A DNA stretch of 64,000 nt from Mobula hypostoma. Lineage: Eukaryota. Where the stretch lies: positions 14,694,001 to 14,758,000 of the forward strand of contig NC_086108.1 in assembly GCF_963921235.1 (NCBI RefSeq). Reading direction: 5' to 3'. The notes under the pieces were generated by a model. The model was not told the origin of the DNA and ran no database searches. It saw nothing but the letters and a program-made list of their open reading frames with translations. The translations under genes were made by a program, and so were the position numbers. The stretch's first letter is position 1; each line of letters begins with the position of its first letter. Shown here in pieces: positions 36,682 through 49,521 of the stretch.

Positions 36682-37708
36682 GGCTACGTCCACACTACGC
36701 CGGATAATTTTGAAAACGAAGCTTTTTCTCTTCGTTTTGACCCTCCGTCCACACTAAAGCGGAATTTTCATCCCCCGCAGACGGAGATTTTCAGAAACGG
36801 TCTCCAAAGTGAATAAATCTGAAAACGCCTAATATCCTTTGTAGTGTGTACGGGGTAAACGGAGAGATTTAAAAACGCTGTCATGACAACACCACAACAA
36901 CAATGTTTTTTCTGCTTCTGCTTGGTACTGCGCGAGCTGTTATTACGCACAGTCGGTGTGAATGGTGTGCGAATTAAATTGTAAAGTGAGCTTTTTTTGA
37001 CTATTTAAAAACGCTGTCATGACGTGCCGGAACAGACAGCCGCAGCACGGCATTTCGTTGTCTTCTTGAACGCAACCACCTAACAATTGCAGAACAGACG
37101 GCAACGAGGCTGAAGGGTTAAAAATGTACTCACCAAATACTTTGACCCATAGCTTATTGAATAAATAAGTATACTCACTTTGCCCTGTTTTCTGACCTTG
37201 CTTGTATGAAGGTGCTTTACCTATTTATGCAAGTTCTTCTCTGACAATAGATGTGTAACAGCCTAATGTAACATCGTATGGAAATACAAGATAACACCGA
37301 TGCAGACATGTTTTATACATTTAACAAGGTGCTTTATTAATGCAACAGAGTTAGTCAGGTTTTCAATGTTCGTCGTCAGCCAGGTCATACTGTCCGTGAA
37401 CTCCTTGTCAGTTGCCTCCATACACTCCAGTATTTGTTTTTTTTTTAGTTTTAAGTCCTCCTGCGCGAGAGCCAAGGGCAATTCCTTTGAAGATTTTCTA
37501 CTCTGTAACTGGACAAACAATCACCAAGTATACCATTTCCTCTTCGCTTGTTTTCTGTGTATCCTCCGCATGCCCAGTAGAGGAGATTCGCCCAAATATC
37601 CGTGTTAGTGTGGACAGAGATATTTTGAAAAACGCTTAGTGTGTACGCCTGTCGTTTTTACTCAAAACCGGCATTTTCAAAATTATCCGGCATAGTGTGG
37701 ATGTAGTG
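36682..37708. mobile_element. PIF/Harbinger-type non-autonomous DNA transposon (internal deletion derivative)
   Basis: TIR GGCTACGTCCACACTACGCCGGATAATTTTGAAAA versus TTTTCAAAATTATCCGGCATAGTGTGGATGTAG; TAA at the left flank (TCA at the right); repeated subterminal CACACTA and AAAACG motifs. Confidence 0.85.
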
Positions 37709-37919
37709 TCAGTACAAGCTATTACAAACTGAACTCCCCTCATTTTCTGCCTGAAGATGTTACATACTTAGCTTTCACAGTGAACTCGTTGCAATAGATT
37801 TTGAATAGCGGGGACCCAGCACCCATCCCAACAGTAACTCCCACAAAGTAGCCTGCCAATGATACGCTTATTCCACTCCTAGTACACTGACCTCTTAATA
37901 TAGCAGGACATGTAGATAA

Positions 37920-38990
37920 GACCATAAGACACAGGAGCAGAATTAGGCCATTCAGTCCATTGAGTCTGCTTCACCATTTGACCATGGCTGATCCCATTCT
38001 CCTGCCTTCTTCCTGTAATCTTTCATGTCCTGCCTTATCGAGAATCTATCCACCTCTATTGTAAATACACTCGATGAGCTGGTCTCCACAGCTGACTGGC
38101 AATGAATTCCACAGGCTCTCCACCCATTGGCTAAAGAAATTCATCCTCATCTCTGTTTCAGATAGAAATCCCTCTATTCTGAATTTGTGCCCTCTGGTAC
38201 TGAACTCCACCACAATAGATCCACTCTATCTGGGCCTTTCAGCATCCGACAATGAGAACCCTCCCCTCTCTTATTTTACTAAATTCCAGCAAGTACACAG
38301 CCTGGAGCCCTTTTATTTGCCTCTTTGCTTCCTGCCAATCAGCTAATGCTCGATCCATGCTAGTATCTTTCCTGTGCACTTATCTTGCTAAACAGCCTCA
38401 TGTACAGCACCTTGTCAAAAGTCTTCTGAAAATCCAAGTACACAAGATCCACTGATTCTTCTTTGTCTATTGTGTTTGTTCTTAAAGAATTCCAACAGAT
38501 TTGTCAGGCAAGATTTTCTCCAAAGGAAACCATGCTGACTATAGCCTATTTTACAATTTACCAAGTACCCCAAAACCTCCTCCTTAACAATCAGCTCCAG
38601 CATCTTCACAACCACTGAAGTCAGGCTAACTGCCTACAGTTTCCTTTCTTCTGCCTCACTCCCTTCTTGAAGAGTGGAGTGACATTTGCAATTTTGCAGT
38701 CCACTGGAACCATGCCAGAATCTCATGATTCTTGAAAGATCATTACGAACGCCCCCATAATCTTTTCACCTACCCTTTCTGAACTCTGGGTGTAGACCAT
38801 CTGGTCCAGGTGACTTGTATGCCTTCAGACCTTTCAGCTTGCCAAGTATCTTCTCCCTAGAAATAGCAACTGCACTCACTTCTACCACCTGACACTCTCC
38901 AGCATACTGCTTGTGTTTCCAGAGCAAAGACTGATGCAAAATACTTATTAATTTCATCCTCCATTGCCTTGTCCCCCAATTACTACCTCT
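37920..38990 (-). mobile_element. Internally deleted CR1 LINE
   Basis: SQHGFLWRKSCLTNLLEFF and KSPGPDGLHP. Confidence 0.85.
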
Positions 38991-39598
38991 CGTGTCATTT
39001 TAAGGTGACACAGAAACACAGTAACATGGAAGTCATAATCAGAATCGGATTTTTAAATCACCGGCATACAGTGGCATGCAAAAGTTTGGGCACCCCTGGT
39101 CAAAATTTCTGTTACTGTGAATAGCTAAGTGAGTAAAAGATGACCTGATTTCCAAAAGGCATAAAGTTAAAGATGACACATTTCTTTAATATTTTAAGCA
39201 AGATTACCTTTTTATTTCCATCTTTTACAGTTTCAAAATAACAAAAAAGGAAAAGGGCCTGAAGCAAAAATTTGGGCACCCTGCATGGTCAGTAACACAC
39301 CCTTTGGCAAGTATCACAGCTTGTAAACGCTTTCTGTAGCCAGCTAAGAGTCTTTCAATTCATGTTTGGAGGATTTTCGCCCATTCTTTCTTGCAAAAGG
39401 CTTATAGGTCTGAGAGATTCTTGGGCTGTCTTGCATGCACTGCTCTTTTGAGGTCTATCCACAGATTTTCGACAATGTTTAGGTCGGGGGCCTGTGAGGG
39501 CCATGGCAAAATCTTCAGCTTGCGCCTCTTGAGGTAGTCCATTGTGGATTTTGAGGTGTGTTTAGGATCATTATCCTGCTGTAGAAACCATCCTCTTT

Positions 39599-40231
39599 AC
39601 ATAGAAACATAGAAACATAGAAAATAGGTGCAGGAGTAGGCCATTCGGCCCTTCGAGCCTGCACGCCATTTATTATGATCATGGCTGATCATCCAACTCA
39701 GAACCCAGCCTTCCCTCCATACCCCCTGACCCCTGTAGCCACAAGGGCCATATCTAACTTCCTTTTAAACATAGCTAATGAACTGGCCTCAACAGTTTGC
39801 TGTGGCAGAGAATTCCACAGATTCACCACTCTCTGTGTGAAGAAGTTTTTTCTAACCTCGGTCCTAAAAGGCTTCCCCTCTATCCTCAAACTGTGACCCC
39901 TCGTTCTAGACCTCCCCAACATCGGGAACAATCTTCCTGCATCTAGCCTGTCCAATCCCTTTAGGATCTTATACGTTTCAATCAGATCCCCCCTCAATCT
40001 TCTAAATTCCAACGAGTACAAGCCCAGTTCATCCAGTCTTTCTTCATATGAAAGACCTGCCATCCCAGGAATCAATCTGGTGAACCTTCTTTGTACTCGC
40101 TCTATGGCAAAGATGTCTTTCCTCAGATTAGGGGACCAAAACTGCACACAATACTCCAGGTGTGGTCTCACCAAGGCCTTGTACAACTGCAGTAGTACCT
40201 CCCTGCTCCTGTACTCGAATCCTCTCGCTAT
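39599..40231 (-). mobile_element. Young 5'-truncated CR1 inserted in the Tc1 transposase
   Basis: Uninterrupted 162-aa RT C-terminus (39698-40186); (CATAGAAA)n tail. Confidence 0.93.
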
Positions 40232-40289
40232 ACCTTCAACTTTTTTTTTTAAAAACAGACAGTGTGATGTTTGCTTCCAGAATTTGCTG

Positions 40290-40422
40290 CCACTTTCAAT
40301 CTCTTACTAGCTCTTCCTTCAGTTAGTCCTGATGAAGGGTCTCAGCCCGAAACGTCGACTGTACCTCTTCTTAGAGATGCTGCCTGGCCTGCTGCGTTCA
40401 CCAGCAACTTTGATGTGTGTTG
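40290..40422 (+). mobile_element. 133-bp solo PLE terminal repeat (hammerhead-bearing) inserted in Tc1
   Basis: TSD TTTGCTG at 40283-40289 and 40423-40429; matches the PLE 3' end. Confidence 0.92.
40324..40361 (+). ncRNA. Minimal hammerhead ribozyme motif (PLE), canonical CUGAUGA core
   Basis: tagtc-ctgatga-a-gggt ctca gccc-gaaa-cgtc|gactg. Confidence 0.85.
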
Positions 40423-41849
40423 TTTGCTGGTACTTAATTGAATTCATTCTTCCCTCTACCAGTGAAATGTTCCCTGTGCCACTGGCTGCAACACAAGCCC
40501 AAAGCATGATCGATCCACCCGTGCTTAACAGTTGGAGAGGTGTTCTTTTCATGAAATTCTGCACCCTTTTTTCTCCAAACATATCTTTGCTCATTGCAGC
40601 CAAAAAGTTCTATTTTAATTCCAAAAATGCATCAGGCTTCTTTAGATGTTCCTTTGCAAACTTCTGACGCTGAATTTTGTGGTGAGGACGCAGGAAAGGT
40701 TTTCTTCTGATGACTCTTCCATGAAGGTCATATTTGTGCAGGTGTCACTGCACAGTAGAACAGTGTATCACCACTCCTAAGTCTGCTAAATCTTCCTGAA
40801 GGTCTTTTGCAGTCGAACGGAGGTTTTGATTTGCCTTTCTAGCAATCCTACAAGCAGTTCTCTCTGAAAGTTTTCTTGGTCTTCCAGACCTCGACTTGAC
40901 CTCCACTGCTCCTGTTAACTGCCATTTCTTAATTACATTACAAACTGAGGAAATGGCTACCTGAAAACACTTTGCTATCTTCTTATAGCCTTCTCCTGCT
41001 TGGTGGGCATCATTTATTTTGATTTTCAGAGTGCTAGGCAGCTGCTTAGAGGAGCCCATGGCTGCTGATTGTTGGGAGAAGGTTTGAGCAGTCAGGATAT
41101 TTATAAAGCTTTGAAATTTGCATCACCTGGCCTTTCCTAACGATGACTGTGTACAAGCCATAGCCCTAACAAGCTAATTAAGGTCTGAGACCTTGGTAAA
41201 AGTTATCTGAGAGCTCAAATCTCTTGGGGTGCCCAAACTTTTGCATGATGTTCCTTTTTTTTCCACTCTAATATTGTACAAAACAAAAATAATACAATAA
41301 TCTTGCTTAAAATGTTGAAAAGAATGTTTCATCTTTAACTTTATGACTTTTGGAGATCAGTTCATCTTCTACTCACTTAACTATTCACAGTAACAGAAAT
41401 TTTGACCAGGGGTGCCCAAACTTTTGCATGCCACCATATGTCGTGAAATTTGTTAACTTTATGGCAACATTACAATGAATATAGAGGGAAAAAACAGAAT
41501 TACTGTAAGTACATATATGTCTATTAAATAGTTAAGTTAAATTAAGTAGTGCAAAAATAACAGAAATAAAAAAGTAGTGAGGTAGTGTTCATGGATTCAG
41601 TGTCCATTCAGGCCATGCTGGAACTGAATAAAGGACTTCTGCAGAACGGAAATGTGACAAAAACATTGAATTTTAAATTCCGGCCAAGGAGAGGGGTGAA
41701 GACAGGGAATGTTTGTGAGGGGGGAGGGGGTGAAGACCAAAGAGAGAGACAAAAACAGAGAGGGAGAGGTCATTCTTGGAACAGAAGATGTTATAAAGTA
41801 ATCTGATTGAGACTGAGAAACAATAATTGGTGCTGAGATGTCTGTGAAT

Positions 41850-42600
41850 TTGTATTGAGGTGGGACATTATGTTGCAGTTGTACAGGATGTTGGTGAGGC
41901 TGCCTCTGGAGTATTATGTACAGTTTCGGTCGCCACATTATGGGAAAGACATCATTAAACTGGAAAGAGTAGTGAAAATTTACAAGAGTGCAGCCAGGCC
42001 TCAAAGGCCTAATTATGTGGAGGTGTTGGTCAGGCTCAGACTTTATTCCTTGGAATGGAGGAGATGGTGGGTGTTGGGGGGGCGGGGTGGCTGTGACCTT
42101 ATAGAGGTACATAAAATCATGACAGGGAGAGATATGATCAACGTAGGACACTGGGGGGGGTGTAATTTTATGGAGGTGTGTAAAATCATTACAGACAGAG
42201 AATGGGTCAATATAGGAGGTGGGGGTGGGGTGGGGGTTCTATTCTTATAGAGGTATGTAAAATCATGGGAGACAGAGATCGGCTAAATGCACATAATCTT
42301 TTTTTCCCAGGAAGGGGAAACAAAAAACTAGGGGACATTGGTTAAAGGTAAGAGGGGAAAGTATTAAAAGGATCTGGGGGGTCAGCTTCTTCATATAGTG
42401 AATGAGGCATATTTGGAATGAGCTGCCAGGGGAGTGGTTGAGGCCAATACAATACCAATTTTTAAAGGCATTTGGACAAGTACATGGATAAAAGGGGTTT
42501 AGAAGGATATGGGTAAATGGGACTGGCTTAGTGACACTATGGTTGACACAGACGAGTTTGGGTTAAAGGACCTGTTACCATGCTATTTTACTCTATGACT
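41850..42600 (+). mobile_element. Old CR1 3' end with an internal triplication of the DLIEVYKI region
   Basis: LVRLPLEYYVQF; the ..aggt..taaaatcat..cagggaga block occurs three times in 42100-42280. Confidence 0.8.
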
Positions 42601-43166
42601 CAATGAAAAATAGAGGCTGAAGTACTTCAGATACCTCCCAAAGAGTGGGACTGGGAGTTATAGAGTGACACTCTTTTTTTAAATTTACTTCTTAGTTTTT
42701 TACTGAGATACTGCACAGAAACGGCCCAGCAATCCCAATTTAATCCTAGCCTAATCAGAGGGAGGAAACCCATGCAGTCATGAGCAGAATGTACAAATTC
42801 CTTATGTATATCTTCGGTTACTTTCAACAATACACCTCTGGAAGTTCGTTAGAGTGTTCAGTGACATGCCAAAATTGAGTAATCTCCTCAGACAGTAGGA
42901 CCCTGTTGACCCTGCCTTATGATTGCATCGATCAGTGATGGGCACCAAATGCTGACTTTACTACCAACAACACACACGCTTCTTCAGGTATAGAATTCTC
43001 AGGGAGATATTTGAAAATTGATAGGTCCCTTTTATTCATTAATAAAGGAATTGTTTGTATGTGCTCAATTGCCAGTTATTTCTGAGTTTGGGGCAGTGTT
43101 CCTGTGCTCTCCAGATTGCGAGTTGTGAATACTGACCTGTGCTTCCCGAACAAATTTCTCTGTCAG

Positions 43167-43274
43167 GTGGAGCAGACAAGCAGCAGCTGGATGCAGAACT
43201 GAGAAAGGAAATCATGACAATTTGGCCTCACCTATCACAGAAGACCCTGGACCTCTTGGTGCCCATGCACACAT
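43167..43274 (+). CDS. CACNA1E: Cav2.3 exon 39 (pre-IQ)
   Basis: tgtcag acceptor and gtaagt donor; 108 nt; (G)[35 protein letters not shown] plus T. Confidence 0.95.
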
Positions 43275-43589
43275 GTAAGTGAAGAGAAACCCAGGTTGCC
43301 CAGATTACCCCACTTAGCAGGTGAGGTAGCATCTGTGAAGACAGAAATAATTAACGGTTCAGATCAATGACTTTTCAATAAGTAAGACATGTTCCCGTCC
43401 AAGAAAAGTGTGCTGTGTACCATGAAGGGTGTGCTGGAAATGGCCATGGACAGCTCACATCACCCGAAGGTTTCAGTAATCAATTATCAACCATAAGCCT
43501 TAAGATTCTAAATTAGAAGACCATTCAGAGTTAAGAATTGCAATTTTCCTGAATTATAGATTTTTCAACTATATTGTGGTCACCCAGCT

Positions 43590-45870
43590 AGCGAAAGGAC
43601 ATCATTATCAAATGAAATCAAATCAGTAAATAGAGGTAACAGAGGATCGGAAGAGCTAAGGAACTGCAAGGGTAAAAAGACCCTGATGGGAGCATTGGGA
43701 CCCCCCCCCCCCCAAACCATAATAAAGATGTGATCTATAAATTACAATAGGAGATTAAAAAATAGGTGTCAAAAGGGCAATGTTACGATAGTCAATATGC
43801 AACTAGATTGGATAAATTAGGTTAGTGCTGGATCCCAAGAGGGGGATTTTCCAGAATGCCTACTACATGGCTTTTTAGAACAGCTCGTGGTTAAGCGCAG
43901 TAGGGGATCAGCTATTCTGGATTGGGTGTCGTGCAATGAACCAGAATTAATCAGAGAGTTGAAGGTAAAGAAACCCTTGGGGTAAATTATCATAATATGA
44001 TAAAATTTACATTGCAATTTGAGAACGAGGAGCTAAAGTCAAGTGTATCAGTATTACAGTGGAGTAAAGGGAACTGCAGAGATGTGAAAGAGGAGCTGGC
44101 CAAAATTGATTGGAAAGGAACACAACTAAAAAAGTCATAAATGATGGAATATGAAAGTAAGCTAGCCAATAATGTTTAAGAGGATACCAAAAGTTTCTTC
44201 AGATATTTAAAGTGTAAAAGAGAGGCAAGAGTAGATAACGGACCACTGGAAAATGATGCTGGAGAGGAAGTGTGCTTTTAAGTTGTCATTACTATGGAGG
44301 TGCTTACGAAACTGAAAGGTCTGAAGGTAGATAGGTTGCTTAGATCAGATAATATACACCCCAGAGTTCTGAAAATTGTGAATGAAGAGATTGTGGAGGC
44401 ATTATTAATGATCTTTCAAAAATCAATTGATTCTGGCATGGTTCTGAGGGAATGGAAAAATGCAAATGTCACTGCACTCTTAAAGATGGGAGGAAGGCGG
44501 AAGAAAGGAAATTATAGGCCAGTTGGTCTGACTCCTGTGGTTGGGAAGATGTTGGAGTTGATTGTTACGGATGTGGTTTCGGGGTACTTAGAGACACATG
44601 ATAAAATAAGGCGTAGTCAGCATGGTTTCCTCAAGGGAAAATCTTGCCTGACAAATCTGTTAGAATTCTTTGAAGAAATAACAGGCAGGATAGACAAAGG
44701 AAAATCGGTGGATGTTGTGTCCTTGGATTTTCAAAAGGCTTTTGACAAGGTGCCACATATGAGGCTGCTTAATAAGTTAAGAGGCCATGGTATTACAGGA
44801 AAGATACTAGTATGGATAGAGCATTGGCTGATTGGCAGGAGACAAAGAGTGGGAATAAAGGGAGCCTTTTCTGGTTGGCTGCCAGTGAGTAGTGGTGCTC
44901 CACAGGGGCTTGTGTTGGGACAAATTCTTTTTACATTATACGTCAATCATTTGGATGACAGAATTCATGGCTTTGTGGCCAAGTTTGTGGATGATACGAA
45001 GATAGGTGGAGGGACAGGTAGTCTTGTGGAAGTAGAGAGGCTACAGAATGATTTAGACAGATTAGGAGAATGGACAAAGAAGTGGCAGATAAAACACAGT
45101 GTCGGGAAGTGTATGGACTTGCACTTTGGTAGAAGGAATAAAAGCATAGATTATTTTCGAAATGTGGAAAAAATTCAAAAATCCGAAGTGCAAAGGGTCT
45201 TGGGTGTCCTGAAGCAGGATTCCCTAAAGGTTAACTTACAGGTTGAGTCAGAGGTGAGGGAGGTAAATGCAATGTTAGCATTCATTTTTAGAGGACTAGA
45301 ATTTATAAAAACAACGACGTAATACTAAGGCTTTATAAAGCACTGTCGAGGCTTCACTTGGAGTATTGTGAGCAGTTTTGGGCCCCTTATCTAAGAAAGG
45401 ACGTTCACGAAAATGATTCCAGGGTTGAATGGCTTGTCATATGAGGAGCATTTGGTGGCCCTGGGCCTATACTCACTGGAATTCAGAAGGATGAGGGGTG
45501 ACCTCATTGAAACCCATCAAATGGTGAAAGGCCTCGATAAAGTGGATGTGGAGAGGATGTTTCCAATAGTAGGTGAGTGTAAAACCAGAGAACACAGCCT
45601 CAGAATAGAGAGGCATCCATTTAGAATGGAGATGAGGAGGAATTTCTTTAGCCAGCGAGTGGTGATTCTGTGGAATTTGGCGCTACAGGCACCTGTGGAG
45701 ACCAAGTCATTGGGTATATTTAAGGCAGAGATTCATGATTAGCCAGGGCATGATACGGGGAGAAGGTTGGAGATTGGGGCTGAGAGTGAAAATGTATCAG
45801 CCATGATGAAATGGCAGAACAGACTCGATGGGTCAAATGGCCTTATTCTGCTCCTATATCTTATGGTCTT
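43590..45870 (+). mobile_element. Degenerate CR1 LINE (endonuclease remnant, RT, 3' UTR)
   Basis: 342-aa ORF 44294-45322 with [25 protein letters not shown] and KFVDDTK. Confidence 0.93.
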
Positions 45871-46290
45871 GTAGTCTAATTAAGCTGGAAAGTGTGCAGA
45901 AAAAATTTACAAAAATGTTACCAGGACTTTAGTTATAAGGAGAGACTAATGAGGTGGGGCTTTATTCCCTGAAGTGTTGGAGGCAGTGAAGTGGGTAAGC
46001 AAGGTGGATGGTCCATAGTAGGGTCGTCTAAAGATATAAGGTAGAGGTTTAACGTGAGGAAAGGAAGTGTTTGAAAGGGGGCTGAGGCGTGAGGTGGGGT
46101 ACATAGAACAAACTGTCAGAGGAAATGGTAGAGATGGATACAATTGCAATGTTTGAAAGGAACGTAGAGCTACGTGAAAAGGAAAGATTTAGAAGGACTT
46201 TACACGGTCACGTGGGACCAGCTGAAGGTAAATAGCATGGACAAGGTGGGCTGAAAGCCCTTTTTCCAAACTGAATGGCTCTATGATACA

Positions 46291-46471
46291 AACAACAGGA
46301 ATTCTGCAGATGCTGGAAATTCAAGCAACATACATCAAAGTTGCTGGTGAACGCAGCAGGCCAAGCAACATCTATAGGAAGAGGCGCAGTCGACGTTTCA
46401 GGCCGAGACCCTTCGTCAGGACTGAGTCTCGGCCTGAAACGTCGACTGCGCCTCTTCCTATAGATGCTGCT
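46291..46471. mobile_element. Young 181-bp PLE-derived fold-back element
   Basis: 15-bp TSD TGGCTCTATGATACA (46276-46290, 46472-46486); 50-bp inverted arms 46360-46409 and 46426-46475 with one mismatch. Confidence 0.93.
46387..46424 (-). ncRNA. Minimal hammerhead ribozyme motif (PLE fold-back)
   Basis: Reverse complement cagtc-ctgacga-a-gggt ctcg gcct-gaaa-cgtc|gactg; perfect 5-bp stem I. Confidence 0.8.
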
Positions 46472-46791
46472 TGGCTCTATGATACACATTTTATTTCCCG
46501 AACAGAACCATTGTAAATGAACTTCAGCTTTCTATCATGGGCCTCCATATATAGATCCAAAGTCTGTCCTCTTTCAAATACAAGGACAGTTGTGGGCCCA
46601 TAGATTTTCCATCCAAGGTGGTCTGTGCTGCATAATCACTTTAAACTGTGGACTTCCACACTGTGTTGTCAAGGAACCATACTGTTCTTTGTTAAATGGC
46701 AGGCCATAAGGTATTAGTGTTTTTACTGTTTGTCTTTGATGGCTGTGTATGTTTGCAATATGCCTGATTTCTGGATCACCGAATATCTTCA

Positions 46792-46975
46792 GATGGCACA
46801 GTGGCACAGATAATAGAGCTATTGCCTCACAGTACCCGAGACTTGAGCTCAGATGCTGTCTACATGGCATTTGCATCTTCCCTCTGTGTCCATGTGGGTT
46901 TCCAGCTAATGCTCTAGTCTGTACCTACAGTTAATTGGCTGCTGTAAATTGACCCTAATGCGTGTTAGAATCTGG
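46792..46975 (+). mobile_element. V-SINE/HE1-like SINE
   Basis: tRNA-like head ggcacagtggcacag..gcctcacag and core ttaattggctgctgtaaattgaccc. Confidence 0.7.
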
Positions 46976-47004
46976 GAAGGACGCAATGAGAGTGCATGAA
47001 TGAA

Positions 47005-47362
47005 TGAGCCTCTGTCGGTCAGGGTCGACCATGGAAGTTCCATCCTAGCTGTCTACGTATGCAAAGCCTGGGCAGTAAACAATATGGAGAGCTAGCTGTT
47101 CCCCCTCTCCACGCATCTGACAAACCTAAAGGAACAGCAAAGACCAATACAATTTGGTACCAGCAGCATCCCAGGAGTTGCCAGTCAGCATTGAACTCAA
47201 TGTAGGACTGCCCTAGGGACAGTTTTTTTTTAAGCCCCTTTTCCGGTCAGTAGAAATGGTTCCATCAGGCTTAGTAGCTAAGCCACACGTGAAGGCCAGG
47301 AGCTGGACTTGGTTGTCAGAGGCTATTTGAGGCACAGGCCATTGGGAGCATTTAATAGGTAG
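47005..47362 (-). mobile_element. Non-autonomous, probably RTE-related repeat, copy 2 (internally deleted)
   Basis: Homologous to 945-1494; ends about 90 nt upstream of the IQ exon. Confidence 0.55.
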
Positions 47363-47453
47363 AATGAAAAATATGATACTAATGTCGGATTGGTGTAGGT
47401 GGATTCAGTTTCTGTGCTGTATCTCTCTGTGACTCTCTCCCAATCTCCTCCAG

Positions 47454-47554
47454 ACACAGACTTAACGGTTGGGAAAATTTACGCTGCCATGATGATCATG
47501 GACTACTACAAACAGAGCAAGAACAAGAAGTATCAGAAACTGCAGGAAGAGCAG
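47454..47554 (+). CDS. CACNA1E: Cav2.3 exon 40 (IQ-like calmodulin-binding domain)
   Basis: ctccag acceptor and gtactg donor; 101 nt; (Y)[42 protein letters not shown] is Cav2.3-type. Confidence 0.95.
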
Positions 47555-48319
47555 GTACTGGCCTCAGGATAACATGAACTAAATAGTTACACAATGAGAA
47601 ACGGGAGTGTGAGGTGGAAATGGCAGGAAAGATAGAGTGAATGAATTGGGAAAGGAAATGGAAAAGAAAAGTAAATGTGGTGGAGGGGTGTGTAGGTGAA
47701 ATGGGTGAAGAGGTGATCAGGTGAATTGGGACAGAGAAGTGATGGACAGATTATACAAATTCTAATGTGAGAGAAGGTGAGGTGAGCTGGATTAAATTCA
47801 GAGAGGAGATGAATGCAACTGCGTGAATGGAAAGACTTGCATTTAGGAGCAGGGACTGGAATGCTTGACGGCTTTGGGGAAGATGGGAGAAGTGAAACGA
47901 AGATGAGGGGAGATGCGAGAGAGGAACTTTGGAGAAAGTGGGGTGGGTAAAATTAAGGGAGCAATATTTGAGACAACAGTGTAACTAGTGATGGTTGGGG
48001 TCAAGAGTGCTTAAAAAAATGTTGAGATCCTCACGTGGAGCATCTCAGATATTTAGATGTGATACCTTCAACAATACTCCGTGGTAGTGTCTCAGCTGCT
48101 GTTTAACTTTGTAGAGTAGTCATGCTTCATTCCATTATTCAACTGCACAGCAATAGTGAATCTGGTGTAGTGATCACTTTCACCAAATTCCATGTCAATA
48201 ACAATATTCAGGACAGAAGCTGAAGGGAAGGTGTAACAGTGAAAGGATGGCAGCTCAGCAGGCAGGAAGAGTTGTTGATTTGCTTTCTTTTATCTCAGAG
48301 GGTTGCACTCTTGATTATA

Positions 48320-49430
48320 AATAAAGATTGATGGTGTGCTGGATAGCATAGAAGATCGCCAAGGATACAGTGGGATATAGCGTATTAGCAGCTGAAGTTT
48401 AATCTGGCTAAGTGTAAGGAGTGGAATTTTGAGAGATCAAACACAAAAGGAACCTACCAAATATTGAAAGGCCTGGATAAGAGTGGATGTGGAGAGGACA
48501 TTTCCTGTAGTGAGAGAGTCTAAGATCAGAGTGCATAGCTCAGAATAAAAGTACATCTTTTAGAATTGAAATTAAGAGATATTTCTTAAGTCAGAGGGTG
48601 GTGAATCTACAGCATTGACACAGATGAAGTGTCAATATAGTTAAAGCAGCTGATAGATCCTGAATAGTAAGGACATCAAAGGTTACAGTTAGAAGGCAAG
48701 TGAATGGGGTTGAGAGGAAAAGCTAAGTCAGCCATGATCAAGTGGCAGAGCGGCCTGAGCCAAGTGGCCTGATTCTGCTCCTATGGAGAGTACACCGTTA
48801 GTTGCAGGACCTTTAACAGTAAAAGAGGTCAGTCTATAGCTGCCTGAAATCTGATAGAGTGATAAAAAGGTTGTGGTGTTGAATATAAGAGTAAGGAAGT
48901 CATGCTACAGCTATATAAAACTTCAGCTAAACTGCACTTTGAGGATTGCATTCATTTCTGGCCATCCCATGGTAAGAAAGATGTTGAGGCTTTGGAGAGG
49001 GTGCAGAAGAGGTTTACCAGAATGCTGCTTGAATTAGAAGACATGTGCTATTAGGAAAAGTTGGACAAAGTTGGGTTATTTTCTCTGGACAAATGGAGGC
49101 TAAAGGTCTTGACAGAAGTTTATACGATTACAAGAGGCATAGTTTGTTTTTCCCAGAGTTGAAATGTCTAATGCATTTAACATGAGAGGAGAATAGTTCA
49201 AAGGAGATGTGTAAGGCACATTTGTTTACACAGGACTTGTGGGTGCAGGAAAGCACTGCCCGAGATGGTGGTGGAGTCAGATATGAGAGAGACAGAGAAT
49301 GGAGGGATACGGCCATTGTGTGGCCAAAGGGATTAGTTTAGATGTTTAATTAGCTCAGTAGGGATTAGTTTAGATGTTTAATTAGCTCAGTACGTGTTTC
49401 TGTGCTGTACTGTACTATGTTCTATGATCC
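48320..49430 (+). mobile_element. Nested old CR1 3' fragments, including a perfect 32-bp tandem duplication at 49329-49392
   Basis: ERVQKRFTRML motif; gggattagtttagatgtttaattagctcagta twice. Confidence 0.75.
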
Positions 49431-49521
49431 AGTGTGAGTAAGTAACTCCACTCTGAGTTATGAATGGTGTTCTTTGGACAAGCGACGCAATGTGATGAAT
49501 ACACCTTCTCTCTTTGCTTAG

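Larger units (their letters stand above)
39069..41436 (-). mobile_element. Tc1 DNA transposon, IR/DR type, DD34E transposase pseudogene, with two nested retroelements
   Basis: TA flanks (39067-68, 41437-38); about 210-bp TIRs starting CAGTGGCATGC; DRs GCAAAA(G/A)TTTGGGCACCC at 39078, 39264, 41227 and 41410; ATG at 41059; [30 protein letters not shown] (34-aa spacing). Confidence 0.96.

Noticed and set aside
44294..45322. 342-aa RT ORF as an active CR1
   Set aside because: The flanking endonuclease and C-terminal regions are interrupted by stops and deletions.
46792..46860. tRNA gene
   Set aside because: Degenerate tRNA-derived SINE head; no cloverleaf.
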